From contig RFNT01000117.1 of NCBI GenBank assembly GCA_009927045.1, positions 1 to 55,393 on the forward strand: 55,393 bases of DNA. The letters are read 5' to 3'. The DNA is from a bacterium (lineage in GTDB: Bacteria > Bdellovibrionota > FAC87 > UBA2466). Below, in pieces: positions 16,943 through 26,167 of the stretch. A program made the position numbers and the translations under genes. The notes below the pieces were generated by a model. It saw nothing but the letters and a program-made list of their open reading frames with translations. It was not told the origin of the DNA and did not search any database. Numbering within the stretch: position 1 is the stretch's first letter; every line of letters starts with the position of its first letter.

Positions 16943-18732
16943 GGCAGACTCCCTTCGATGGGCGGCAGGCGCAGAAGAGCCGGCGCTTGAGCAGTCCATT
17001 CTTCCATATTGATAAATCGATACCCCAATCGCTGAATTCCTTGAATGAGATCAACGATGTGTCTTCCATCTCCTGGATAGTCACCCAGCCCCTCCTCTTG
17101 GTTAGGCAAGACCAGAACTGGGTGGACAAACAACGAGGCCCAGTGATCCCTCAGAACACGATTCCTTCGAGCGGAATCCAACATTTGCGTTGGATTTTGT
17201 GTCATATAGACCTGTTCATTCAGAAACGGCTGAATATTTCCTAAGTTCTCTGGAAGGAGTCGTTGGCCATACACATCTCCCCAGATTTCGTATGGAAACA
17301 TCTGCCCACTGGGTAGGAGATTTTCAGGGTAGCTCACACGGAGATCATTCAAGTATCGCCACCGTTGAGCAGCACCCGCAGCACCCGCAGCACCCGCTTG
17401 ATTATATGTTAAGCTGAGCGGAAGGCGCTGTGCTTGCTCTGCTTGGAACGGGAAGTACGTTACCCGCCCGATTCCCCAAGCAAATAGTTGGCCGAAGAGA
17501 ATAAAGTCCAAGGGTGAAGCCTGGTAATGAGGGGTTAACCAAACAGAAGGCAGAACTCCCGCCTTTTCAAAGAGGGTTTGGCCATCTGTTAAACGATTTA
17601 CTACATAGGAAATGGAATCTTCCGGAATGGGCCGATTGTTGACACCATCCCAAAATTCAAAATCATCCCCTGACATGCCATTAAATGGATTTTTTTGCTT
17701 TCCATATTGGTGAGTGACCCCATGAAAAATAATACTGCCTCCCGACTTTTTTGAGTCATTCAGAAACTCAAGAAAGAATGGCCTTTGAAGTAGCGTTACC
17801 ATACTTTCTGCTGGATCATCGACTCTGGATAGAAGAGGGTCTGAAAAGATAGGGATCACCGAGATTCCGAATGGGATTCCACATTTTTCAAAGGTTGTTT
17901 TATAGGCGTTGAGTTGCCACAGCGGGAGATTTGGATGAATGTCTTCAAAGCGTACAATTGCGGGTCGTTCCTGGGGGTAGAGCGGAGGTTCCTGCAGCAA
18001 ATCAAAAAGCAGATCCGTAAGAATGAGATATCGGTCCTTTTCATGCATAAAAGAAAAGGGACTATCTGCAATGAAAAACCTGTTTTTATTTACAATCACA
18101 TATGGGGCTCTTTGCCCAGTGCTAGAATGTTCAGCCCAAGCAAGCACATGGCTTTCTGTTGAGTCCGCCTGTTCTACTTTCAACAAAACCATCTCAAAGG
18201 CGGCTTTGAATTGATCCGGATGTTTTCGATCAAATTCCCCATATTTTTCGAATCGTTCCCCTTTGTATTCAAAATTTTTGAAAAATCCGGGTTTGCCCTT
18301 CGGGTCTTTTTGATCCCAATCGAGTTTTGACAGTCCTTGATAGGATACATTCCACAATCCAAGCAAAACCTCGGGAGCTAGCTTCCAAATGTGATAGCCC
18401 ATCCAAAGCACTTGCTTTTGAGTGGCCACAAAGTCTGACAAGAATGCTGGGGGAATACTGGAATTGAAGTGCGTGCCCAAGTAGACCAGCGCTTCACACT
18501 TTTCAACTTGCCCTGCGCGGTACTTATGAATAGGAAACACAATCTGCTGCCAACGAGGGAAATGCCCGAGCAGGTTTTGAAGAAAGAGAGCATGGATTCT
18601 TCCAATCGGGACACCCCCGCTCTGACCATCCACTTCATCATAAACGATTTGAATGCAAGGGGTTGGATTGAGTCCGTAACTCACTTGAGAAGTCAGCATA
18701 ACCATCCCGAAAATGAACGCCACTTTCATCAT
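16939..18732 (-). CDS. DUF2334-family polysaccharide deacetylase-like secreted protein
   Basis: Signal peptide; NodB-like metal motifs IVRFEDIHP, HGVTHQ, WLTPHYQAS; LLPENLG; LFVHP. Confidence 0.8.
   Translation of the reverse strand: MMKVAFIFGMVMLTSQVSYGLNPTPCIQIVYDEVDGQSGGVPIGRIHALFLQNLLGHFPRWQQIVFPIHKYRAGQVEKCEALVYLGTHFNSSIPPAFLSDFVATQKQVLWMGYHIWKLAPEVLLGLWNVSYQGLSKLDWDQKDPKGKPGFFKNFEYKGERFEKYGEFDRKHPDQFKAAFEMVLLKVEQADSTESHVLAWAEHSSTGQRAPYVIVNKNRFFIADSPFSFMHEKDRYLILTDLLFDLLQEPPLYPQERPAIVRFEDIHPNLPLWQLNAYKTTFEKCGIPFGISVIPIFSDPLLSRVDDPAESMVTLLQRPFFLEFLNDSKKSGGSIIFHGVTHQYGKQKNPFNGMSGDDFEFWDGVNNRPIPEDSISYVVNRLTDGQTLFEKAGVLPSVWLTPHYQASPLDFILFGQLFAWGIGRVTYFPFQAEQAQRLPLSLTYNQAGAAGAAGAAQRWRYLNDLRVSYPENLLPSGQMFPYEIWGDVYGQRLLPENLGNIQPFLNEQVYMTQNPTQMLDSARRNRVLRDHWASLFVHPVLVLPNQEEGLGDYPGDGRHIVDLIQGIQRLGYRFINMEEWTAQAPALLRLPPIEGSLP
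17369..17397. repeat. In-frame 9-bp tandem repeat (GCAGCACCC x3)
   Basis: Three perfect copies encoding AGAAGAAGAA in the DUF2334 gene. Confidence 0.85.
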
Positions 18733-20090
18733 AGACTCACCCGAGATGGTGCCATTGCAGTCCCAAAGTTTTTAGGCAGTTCATGCTGGGTTTTTACCCA
18801 GAGGGAGGGCTTCTGCATCCACTGACTCATCCAGTAGTTTTTCAGTGCGCGAAAGCTTGCAAGACCATTCACCCAGACCGAAATGGGATACCTAAGAATC
18901 ACCCAAAGAGCCTGGCGACGTCCATATATCTTTGCTGCCGAAGTGGCACGGTGAAAGAGCCGATTGAGAATCACCAGGATATTACAAAAAAGTAGCGCCT
19001 TCAGAGCCCGTGGGTTGGGGGCCAAGTCAATGACCCCCAACAAAAGCGTCGGCAAGAGCAGGAATCCGCAAAATCCAGCACTGTTTCCCAGGAGAGCTTT
19101 TCTGTCTCTGAGCAGGAAGATTCGATTGGTCAAATTCCCAAACCAACCTAAGTGTGTTGGAGATTGGAGTGTAATCCCCTCAGTCCATCTCGCCTTTTGA
19201 CGAACAGCCATTCCTACCGAATTGGGAAAAAACTCACGGGTAGCTACCCAATTTTTTTCACCAGAACGTTCCTGGTAAAAATGGCACGCAAACACCTGGC
19301 GCAGGCCCAGACTAAAAGCTCTGATACCGAGTAAGTAATCCTCCGTTAAACACTGGGACTCGAGTAGCTTTCCTCCCGTGGCTTGAACCATTTTTTCCAA
19401 AGCAGCACGGGTGATTGCCATTCCGACCCCAGCAGATGGCACGGACGCACAAAGCCGATTCCGACACAAAAGTTCTCGGGTATGCGCTTCTGCAAATTCA
19501 TCCATATAAGACGCACCTACAGAAAATGAGCGAGGAACCTGCAGCGAAAAGACAGGAAGCTGAATGAAGTCGTAGTCATTAGAATATTTATTGATCAAAG
19601 CCAAAGAGCGGGGATGGATGATGTCTTCGGCATCCTGAAACACAAAAATATCAAAAAGAGACTTGGTTTCCTTTCGCAGTTGATCCACCATTTCATTGAG
19701 TAAATGGCCTTTGGAGGTCGGACCCGGAATAGAACTCAGCAGTATCCGGATTTGGGGGTTCTGCAGCTGTGCTTGGGTGACTGCTTGTAAAGTGGGCCAG
19801 TCATTCGGATAACATCCCACAAATATTTGATAGTTTTTGTAGTGAATGTGCTGGCTATTCCCCAACAGCATTTGGGTAATAACACTCTCCTCACGCCATG
19901 TTGGGATGAGAATAGCGATTTTCCGTTCTGGTTGCGCTTGTATTTCAAACCAGTCTTTTTGTGTGAGAGCCTGAGGGCGTATTTTGTGCCAGAAAATGAG
20001 ATAATCAATCCAGAGGCTGTCTAAATTCCAGACCAAGTAAACCAGTGACAAACTGATGAAGGCCCATTGAAATCCAGTAAGCTCAGTCAT
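18729..20090 (-). CDS. NfrB-like processive GT2 glycosyltransferase (short form)
   Basis: AILIPTWRE, FVGCYPND, GPTSKGHLLN, QDAED (DXD), FIQLPV, YMDEFAEAH, VPSAGVG, LTEDY, REFFP, VRQKARW (QxxRW), C-terminal TMs and WVKTQH. These follow the NfrB family pattern. Confidence 0.88.
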   Translation of the reverse strand: MTELTGFQWAFISLSLVYLVWNLDSLWIDYLIFWHKIRPQALTQKDWFEIQAQPERKIAILIPTWREESVITQMLLGNSQHIHYKNYQIFVGCYPNDWPTLQAVTQAQLQNPQIRILLSSIPGPTSKGHLLNEMVDQLRKETKSLFDIFVFQDAEDIIHPRSLALINKYSNDYDFIQLPVFSLQVPRSFSVGASYMDEFAEAHTRELLCRNRLCASVPSAGVGMAITRAALEKMVQATGGKLLESQCLTEDYLLGIRAFSLGLRQVFACHFYQERSGEKNWVATREFFPNSVGMAVRQKARWTEGITLQSPTHLGWFGNLTNRIFLLRDRKALLGNSAGFCGFLLLPTLLLGVIDLAPNPRALKALLFCNILVILNRLFHRATSAAKIYGRRQALWVILRYPISVWVNGLASFRALKNYWMSQWMQKPSLWVKTQHELPKNFGTAMAPSRVSL

Positions 20091-20782
20091 AGAAATCCCC
20101 CCACTGTTGCAAGCAGACGGAATCCTTCAAAACCCGAATCTTGGAACGAAATCACATGAGCAGCTGAGACAGCAGCACAAAAACTCTGTTCACACACCCT
20201 CAAGCGAACACTGGGGCGAATTCCCGATTGGATATTAGATGGGCCGCCTCCTTGCCAGAGCGACCAAAATGGCTCGAGATAGAGATCCGTAGACCCATTT
20301 GCAAGCATCTGAACTTGGATGCCCACACGAGAGAGCGCCTGAACACCCCAAAAGGCGTCTTCCTCTACCGCCATCAACACTTCGGAATAGGGCTCCAAAA
20401 AAACTGCCCAAAGGGATTGGGGTGCTAATTTCCAACTTAAAGTGTCGCCGAAGGCCGTTAAAAAGCGCCATTGGGATTTTGTCTTCATGCGATGTTCAGC
20501 AAAACACCTGAGATGTGGCACGCTCCAGGAAACTCCGGGTGCAAAGTAAGGCTCCCAATTTCCTGTGGGACCCACCGACATTTCTGCCCCCGCTTGAAGA
20601 AAGGGTTGAACACTTTGTTCGGGAAATAATGACATTCGTGCAAACGTACCGGAGTGAAATGGCTGAACTTGAGCCTCCAGAACACCTTCGCTATAAAACT
20701 CGGTTCTCACTGCAGCAGCGCTTCCCTCTATTTGATAGATCGCTAGAAACCCAAGGAGTATTTTTTTTACGTGGTTTGCCAT
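20087..20782 (-). CDS. Putative outer-membrane beta-barrel protein, first gene of the glycan operon
   Basis: Signal-like N-terminus, then alternating aromatic/hydrophobic strands (PYFAPGVSW, FLEPYSE, DLYLEPF). Stop overlaps the GT2 ATG. ATG 20782 chosen because TTG 20800 lies inside the sigma-54 promoter. Confidence 0.6.
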   Translation of the reverse strand: MANHVKKILLGFLAIYQIEGSAAAVRTEFYSEGVLEAQVQPFHSGTFARMSLFPEQSVQPFLQAGAEMSVGPTGNWEPYFAPGVSWSVPHLRCFAEHRMKTKSQWRFLTAFGDTLSWKLAPQSLWAVFLEPYSEVLMAVEEDAFWGVQALSRVGIQVQMLANGSTDLYLEPFWSLWQGGGPSNIQSGIRPSVRLRVCEQSFCAAVSAAHVISFQDSGFEGFRLLATVGGFL

Positions 20783-20795
20783 CAAAAGAAGAGAG

Positions 20796-20811
20796 TGCAA
20801 CCCCTATGCCT
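20796..20811 (-). promoter_or_regulatory. Sigma-54 promoter of the glycan operon
   Basis: Minus strand AGGCATAGGGGTTGCA (GG-N10-GC with TTGC). Confidence 0.65.
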
Positions 20812-20843
20812 GAGGGGATTGCGCCGCAAGTGCTGAGACAAAA

Positions 20844-20877
20844 CTGCTTTTTGCAACTTCTCCATTTCATGTCGCGA
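20844..20877. promoter_or_regulatory. Putative shared enhancer (two 13-bp sites)
   Basis: CTGCTTTTTGCAA (20844-56) and TTTCATGTCGCGA (20865-77) resemble the 11011-11043 arms and are centred between the divergent sigma-54 promoters. Confidence 0.45.
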
Positions 20878-20911
20878 TCCGGAACAGGATCAACTGAGCC
20901 CAGCACCCCTC

Positions 20912-20927
20912 TGGTATGTGGGTTGCA
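20912..20927 (+). promoter_or_regulatory. Sigma-54 promoter of the host-attachment/DUF2267/ftsH operon
   Basis: TGGTATGTGGGTTGCA (GG-N10-GC with TTGC). Confidence 0.65.
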
Positions 20928-20940
20928 CGTTGTCCCCCAC

Positions 20941-21483
20941 ATGGCTCGACGAAAAAAAACTCGAAGTGGGGCAGAAATTCGAAGCCTAGTAGGTGCCAAA
21001 AGATTTCAGGAACCCATCTGGTGGCTCGCTGTTCTACACAAAAATCAGGTCCAAATTTTTTCCTTCTCACCCATTGAGCATCAACTCTGCCCATTATGGA
21101 AACGAGAAGAAAAAGACTTTCACGACCTCATCGCTCGTCGGTTGCGAGGGTCTGCCGGACGAACTCAAGAGAGTTTTTCCTGGAGTGCAGGAGGTCATCA
21201 AACAGGACATCGCCGCCACAGTTATTCCTCGGCTACACCCCCCAAAAAAAGAGCCTCTCAAACTTTACTAGCGGCAGGAGCGCATTTTGTGAAACAGGAA
21301 TATAGAAAGCGAAAATTTGATCATCTCGCTCTCGTCGCTAACCCTGCTGTTTACGGAACCTTCAAAGAACTCTTAGGCGCCCGTTTAGCTAAAAAAGTCA
21401 CTTTACATGCTCCAGCACTTCCCAATTACTTAAGTTCCCGTCAGCAGGAAAAGCAGTTGCTTTCCTTGATGGCAACCGAATGA
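20941..21483 (+). CDS. Host attachment protein family (AtsE/baeRF-like)
   Basis: WWLAVLH..VQIF, SAGRTQES..RHSY, FDHLALVANPAVYGTFKELL..KKV. ATG 20941 lies just downstream of the sigma-54 promoter. Confidence 0.7.
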   Translation: MARRKKTRSGAEIRSLVGAKRFQEPIWWLAVLHKNQVQIFSFSPIEHQLCPLWKREEKDFHDLIARRLRGSAGRTQESFSWSAGGHQTGHRRHSYSSATPPKKRASQTLLAAGAHFVKQEYRKRKFDHLALVANPAVYGTFKELLGARLAKKVTLHAPALPNYLSSRQQEKQLLSLMATE

Positions 21484-21496
21484 GAAAGGACACTCC

Positions 21497-21934
21497 ATGA
21501 CGAGTCTCGAATCCAATCTAGAAAAATCCTATATCTGGCTCAATTTTCTCCAAGCCGAACTCAACATGCCCAAGAAAACTGATGCCTATAAGCTGCTTAA
21601 AGTAGTCTTGCACGAATTGAGAGATCGCCTTCCGGTGAACGAAGCCGCACAACTCGGAGCACAACTCCCCATGCTCATTCGTGGGCTCTATTATGAGGGG
21701 TTTCGACCCAAAGAGGTGAGCCGTAAAGACAAGAGCTTAGATCCTTTTCTTAAAGCCGTTGAAAAGAAAATGCCTCGTTTTTATCCGAAGCCCCCCAGCG
21801 AACTGCTTCGAGGGGTGTTTTCACTGCTCAATGAGTACGTAAGTCCTGGTGAAATTCAAGATGTGAAATCTTGCTTCAGCCAAGAAGTTCGGGATTTTTG
21901 GCCAGTGCCTTCAAAAAAGAAAAAAGCTGCTTAA
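21497..21934 (+). CDS. DUF2267-domain protein
   Basis: AYKLLKVVLHELRDRLPVNEAAQLGAQLPMLIRGLYYEGF and VSPGEIQDV; SD AAGGA. Confidence 0.9.
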   Translation: MTSLESNLEKSYIWLNFLQAELNMPKKTDAYKLLKVVLHELRDRLPVNEAAQLGAQLPMLIRGLYYEGFRPKEVSRKDKSLDPFLKAVEKKMPRFYPKPPSELLRGVFSLLNEYVSPGEIQDVKSCFSQEVRDFWPVPSKKKKAA

Positions 21935-23768
21935 ATGAAAAAACCCCAGCATCTCAAGAGTCCAATCCCCTTTTTTTTGGTGATTTTCGGCATCTTTCTT
22001 TTTTTAAATGTGTGGGTTAGCAAACAAGTCACTACTGCTATCCCCTACAGCGAGTTCCTCACACACGTTCAAACAGGAAAATTGAAGCAAGTGAGGATTT
22101 CCAAAGACACCCTGCTGGGAGAACGACTTGAGCCGGACTCTTCAGGCAAACGACTCTTCACCACCCAACGAGTTGACGATCCGAGTTTGATAGGCTTACT
22201 GCGAGAAAAAAATATCAGCTTCACTGCAGAGCCAGAAATGGGGGTCTGGATGAAAATCCTGCTTTGGTCGATCCCACTCGTTCTTTTGATTCGATTCGGT
22301 AGCCTCCTCTTCCGTCAAGGATTGGGAGATTCCCGCAGGGGCATTTTGGGCCTCACTCGGTCACGAGCAAAGCTTTTTGTAGAAAAAGGATATCACGACA
22401 ACATTTGAGGATGTAGCCGGCGTGACCGAAGCAAAAGAAGAGTTGAGAGAAATCGTACAGTTCTTGGCAGATCCTCGACAGTTCACTCGGTTGGGTGGCC
22501 GAGCGCCCAAAGGCGTTTTGTTAGTCGGTCCTCCTGGGACGGGAAAAACCCTTTTAGCCCGAGCGATTGCGGGAGAAGCTAAAGTCCCTTTTCTTTCTAT
22601 CAATGGCTCGGAATTTATTGAAATGTTTGTGGGCCTCGGAGCCGCCCGAGTTCGTGATTTATTCCAACAAGCTCGCGACCTGGCCCCTTGTATCTTATTT
22701 ATTGATGAAATTGATGCCGTAGGAAAAGTGCGCGCGGGAGCAATCCTGACTGGCGGCAATGAAGAAAAGGAACAAACCCTGGGACAACTCCTTGCAGAGA
22801 TGGATGGCTTTGATAGTTCTAAGGGCGTAATTATTTTGGCAGCTACCAACCGTCCTGAAATTTTAGACCCAGCCCTTTTAAGAGCTGGCCGTTTTGATCG
22901 CCAAGTACTTATTGATAATCCCGATCAGCGAGGCCGACTGCAGATCTTGCAAGTCCACTGCAAAAACATTAAAGCAGATCCCCAGCTTTCGCTTGAGCAT
23001 ATTGCTTCCCTCACTCCTGGATTTTCTGGTGCTGACTTGGCGAATTTGGTCAATGAAGCAGCTCTCTTTGCTGTTAGACGCAACGGGGATTTGGTCACGG
23101 AAAGTGATTTCGACCATGCCATTGAGCGGATAGTTGCTGGATTAGAGCAACGCTCAAAAATTATGCATCCGGAAGAAAAGCGACGGATTGCTTTCCACGA
23201 AATGGGACACGCAACCGTTTCCCTCACTCTCGGACCTTCTGAGAAAGTCCATAAAGTCAGTATTGTCCCTCGGGGACTCGGGGCCTTGGGCTATACTATC
23301 CGCCGCCCCACAGAAGACCGATACTTGATGGACGAGCATGAAATGCTCAAAAAAATTGCAGTTCTTTTAGGTGGACGTGCGGCCGAGGTTCTTTTTCTAA
23401 AATCAACGTCCACTGGCGCAGCAGATGACTTAGTCAAAGCAACCGATCTCGCTCGAGCGATGGTCACTCGATTTGGGATGAGTGAAGCCATCGGGCTCAG
23501 TGTTCTTGAAGAAAAAGAACTAACTTATTTAGCCTCCCCACAGCTTCCTCGAATTTCCCCCTACAGTGAAGAAACCGCAAAAAGTATCGATCACGAAGTC
23601 AAAAGTATTTTAGAAAAGGGATTACGTTTAGCTTTGAAAGAACTCAATACCTATAGAACCTTCATTGAACAGGGAGCTCTCGAGCTGATTCGAAAAGAAA
23701 CGTTAGAGGAAGAAGATGTAGTTCAGTTGTGGGATCAGCACGTTCAATCTGCAAAAGTCAGTGCATAA
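21935..23768 (+). CDS. ftsH: ATP-dependent zinc metalloprotease FtsH (frameshift in A-run 22383-22387)
   Basis: TM + IPYSEFL extracellular domain; removing one A gives [21 protein letters not shown]; [38 protein letters not shown]. Confidence 0.93.
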
Positions 23769-23776
23769 CCCTAGCT

Positions 23777-24850
23777 TCAGACTGGAAACGACATCGAAAA
23801 AGAAGTACCTTCTCCTTCCTTAGATAAGCACTCAATGGTTCCTCCATGAGCTTGAACCACTTGTTTAACGATAAAAAGCCCCAGGCCCAACCCAGAAACC
23901 GTTTTTTCGGTTTCAGAGCTTCGATGAAATGGAGCAAAGATGTTTTCTTGTTCGCTCTGTGACATTCCCGGTCCATTATCTGAAAACACTATTTTCAATA
24001 CTGAGTTTTCCTCTTTTAAAACAACACGGACTGTGGAACCTGGTGCATACTTCGTCACATTACTGATGAGGTTAATAAATACTTGCTCCATTCTAAAGGG
24101 ATCACATTTGAGCCATGGAGACCCCTCCTGTTCACACACTAGAGTACAACCTGCTGATTTTAATAGCGGTCTATATTCTTCAATCACTTGTTGAATCACC
24201 TCTTGAAGATCACAGTCTCTAAGTTGAAGTTGCAACGCTCCTCGAGCGCCTCGAGTGATATCTAATAATGACTCTACCAAGCGGGTAAGACGTAGGATCT
24301 GCGTGTCCATCGACTTCAGCGCTGTTTTTAAGGACACAGCTGACTTTGTGGAATCCTGCCTTTGAAGCAGTTGCAGCTGAAGTTTCAAAGCCGTGATAGG
24401 GGTTTTCAACTCGTGTGAAGCAATGGAAAAAAAATCATCTCGAGCCTGAATCGCAAGACCCAACGTTTTTTTACTTTCTAAGGCATCGTCATTTGCAATC
24501 TGGAGTGCTTTGAGCGCCCTGTTTTTTAGTCGTAGCGAATTTTTTTCACGCCCAATCAATATTCCAAAAAGAATCCCAAAAAACACAAAGAGGGGAACTT
24601 CCCAAACTTGGGTGGATGGAATTATTTGCCAATACAAAGTAAACCAACACCCTAACACCACACTTAAAATACCGGCTCCTATACCCCCAAACCAAACACT
24701 GAAAAATCCTGCAGGATAAAGAAAAAAGAAAGGGTGTTCATAGAAAGCTTGGTTTGCCGCGCTTCCTAAATACAGTGCTAAAGCCGTCAGTCCTACTGCG
24801 AGCGAGTAACTCTTAAATAGCTGAAAAATATAATAATTTTTTGTGGGCAC
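23777..24850 (-). CDS. Membrane sensor histidine kinase (DUF4118-like TM region, HisKA, HATPase)
   Basis: About four TMs; ASHELKTPITAL, NLISNVTKY, DNGPGM, FAPFHR, GLGLGLFI. Confidence 0.93.
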   Translation of the reverse strand: MPTKNYYIFQLFKSYSLAVGLTALALYLGSAANQAFYEHPFFFLYPAGFFSVWFGGIGAGILSVVLGCWFTLYWQIIPSTQVWEVPLFVFFGILFGILIGREKNSLRLKNRALKALQIANDDALESKKTLGLAIQARDDFFSIASHELKTPITALKLQLQLLQRQDSTKSAVSLKTALKSMDTQILRLTRLVESLLDITRGARGALQLQLRDCDLQEVIQQVIEEYRPLLKSAGCTLVCEQEGSPWLKCDPFRMEQVFINLISNVTKYAPGSTVRVVLKEENSVLKIVFSDNGPGMSQSEQENIFAPFHRSSETEKTVSGLGLGLFIVKQVVQAHGGTIECLSKEGEGTSFSMSFPV

Positions 24851-24902
24851 AGCAGGAACTTAGGCTTTTTACTGCTGTGTGTCAATGCCTATTTACGACT
24901 TT

Positions 24903-26135
24903 TTAGTTCGTGTACTGCCCTTCATCCAACTGGCGTTCTGCTTTTGCAACTACACAAGCCACCACCGCATCTCCGGTCACATTGACTGCAGTTCGAGACA
25001 TGTCCAAAAACCGGTCGACTGCCATAATGATCCCAATGCCTTCCACGGGCAGTCCCACTTGCTGAAACACCATTGCCAACATAATGAGTCCCACTCCAGG
25101 AACCCCAGCAGTCCCAATCGATGCCAAAGTGGCCGTAAAAATCACTACGATGTTTTGGTAGAATGTCAGTGGAACTCCGTACACTTGCGCAACAAAGACA
25201 GTGGCCACGCCTTGCATAATTGCAGTCCCGTCCATATTGATCGTAGCTCCCAATGGAATCACAAAAGAAGCAATGGAGTTGGGCACGCCCAATTTTTTTT
25301 CTACCGTCTCTAAACTCACGGGAATAGTGGCATTACTGCTAGAAGTACTGAATGCAAAAAACATGACCCGACTGAATTTTTTGATAAAACTCAGAGGGCT
25401 CAGCCCTCCAAAAAGCTTTAAAACGGCGGAATATACAAAAGCAAAATGAATGCAAAGTGCAAAAAGCACGGTAAAAAAGTATTTCCCCAGCGGAACAATG
25501 ACTTCAAAACCCTGCTGAGAAAATACTTTTGCAATTAAGCAAAAAACACCTATGGGTGAAAAACTAATCACAATATCCACAAGCTTCATAAGAATTTCAT
25601 TCAAGTCTGAAAACAGCGAAAGGATGCGCTCTCCAGACTTCCCTGAGAGACTGATTGCCGCCCCTAAAAACAGAGAAAAAAGAATGATTGGGAGCATATC
25701 GGCTTGCGCAAAGGCTTCTATTGGATTTCTAGGAAACATTTGAACGATGGTTTCAATTAAAGAGGGGGCCTGTTGTGGGGTAAAACTGGATTGGGTTTGG
25801 AGTTTGAATCCATCTCCTGGACGAATGAGCCAAGCCATGATCAAACCAATCGTCACAGCGACTAATGTGGTCCCTATGAATAGCCCAACCGCTCGTCCTC
25901 CCACGCGCCCCAATTTTTTGATATCGCCTAAACCAGCAACTCCACACACTAAAGACACAAAAACGACGGGAACCACCAACATTTGGAGGAGGCGGAGGAA
26001 AATCTCTCCTCCCACGGATAAAATCCCCTCCACCAGGAATCCTTGCACTGCAGGAAAAAGGTTCAAAAGCCACTGGTGAAGGATCAATCCTGTCAACGCT
26101 CCGAGCCCAAGCCCGATGAAGATTTTCTTCGTCAT
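24903..26135 (-). CDS. Dicarboxylate/amino acid:cation symporter (DAACS, GltP-like)
   Basis: AFSTSSSNATIP, PLGATINMDGTA, ASIGTAGVPG, DRFLDMSRTAVNVTGD. Start set to ATG 26135. Confidence 0.93.
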   Translation of the reverse strand: MTKKIFIGLGLGALTGLILHQWLLNLFPAVQGFLVEGILSVGGEIFLRLLQMLVVPVVFVSLVCGVAGLGDIKKLGRVGGRAVGLFIGTTLVAVTIGLIMAWLIRPGDGFKLQTQSSFTPQQAPSLIETIVQMFPRNPIEAFAQADMLPIILFSLFLGAAISLSGKSGERILSLFSDLNEILMKLVDIVISFSPIGVFCLIAKVFSQQGFEVIVPLGKYFFTVLFALCIHFAFVYSAVLKLFGGLSPLSFIKKFSRVMFFAFSTSSSNATIPVSLETVEKKLGVPNSIASFVIPLGATINMDGTAIMQGVATVFVAQVYGVPLTFYQNIVVIFTATLASIGTAGVPGVGLIMLAMVFQQVGLPVEGIGIIMAVDRFLDMSRTAVNVTGDAVVACVVAKAERQLDEGQYTN

Positions 26136-26167
26136 AGGGCGACAGAGTATACTAGAATCGTCATTCG

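Noticed and set aside
20515-20940. N-terminal extension of the host-attachment ORF (322 aa)
   Set aside because: It overlaps the opposite-strand gene and both sigma-54 promoters; family similarity starts after 20941.
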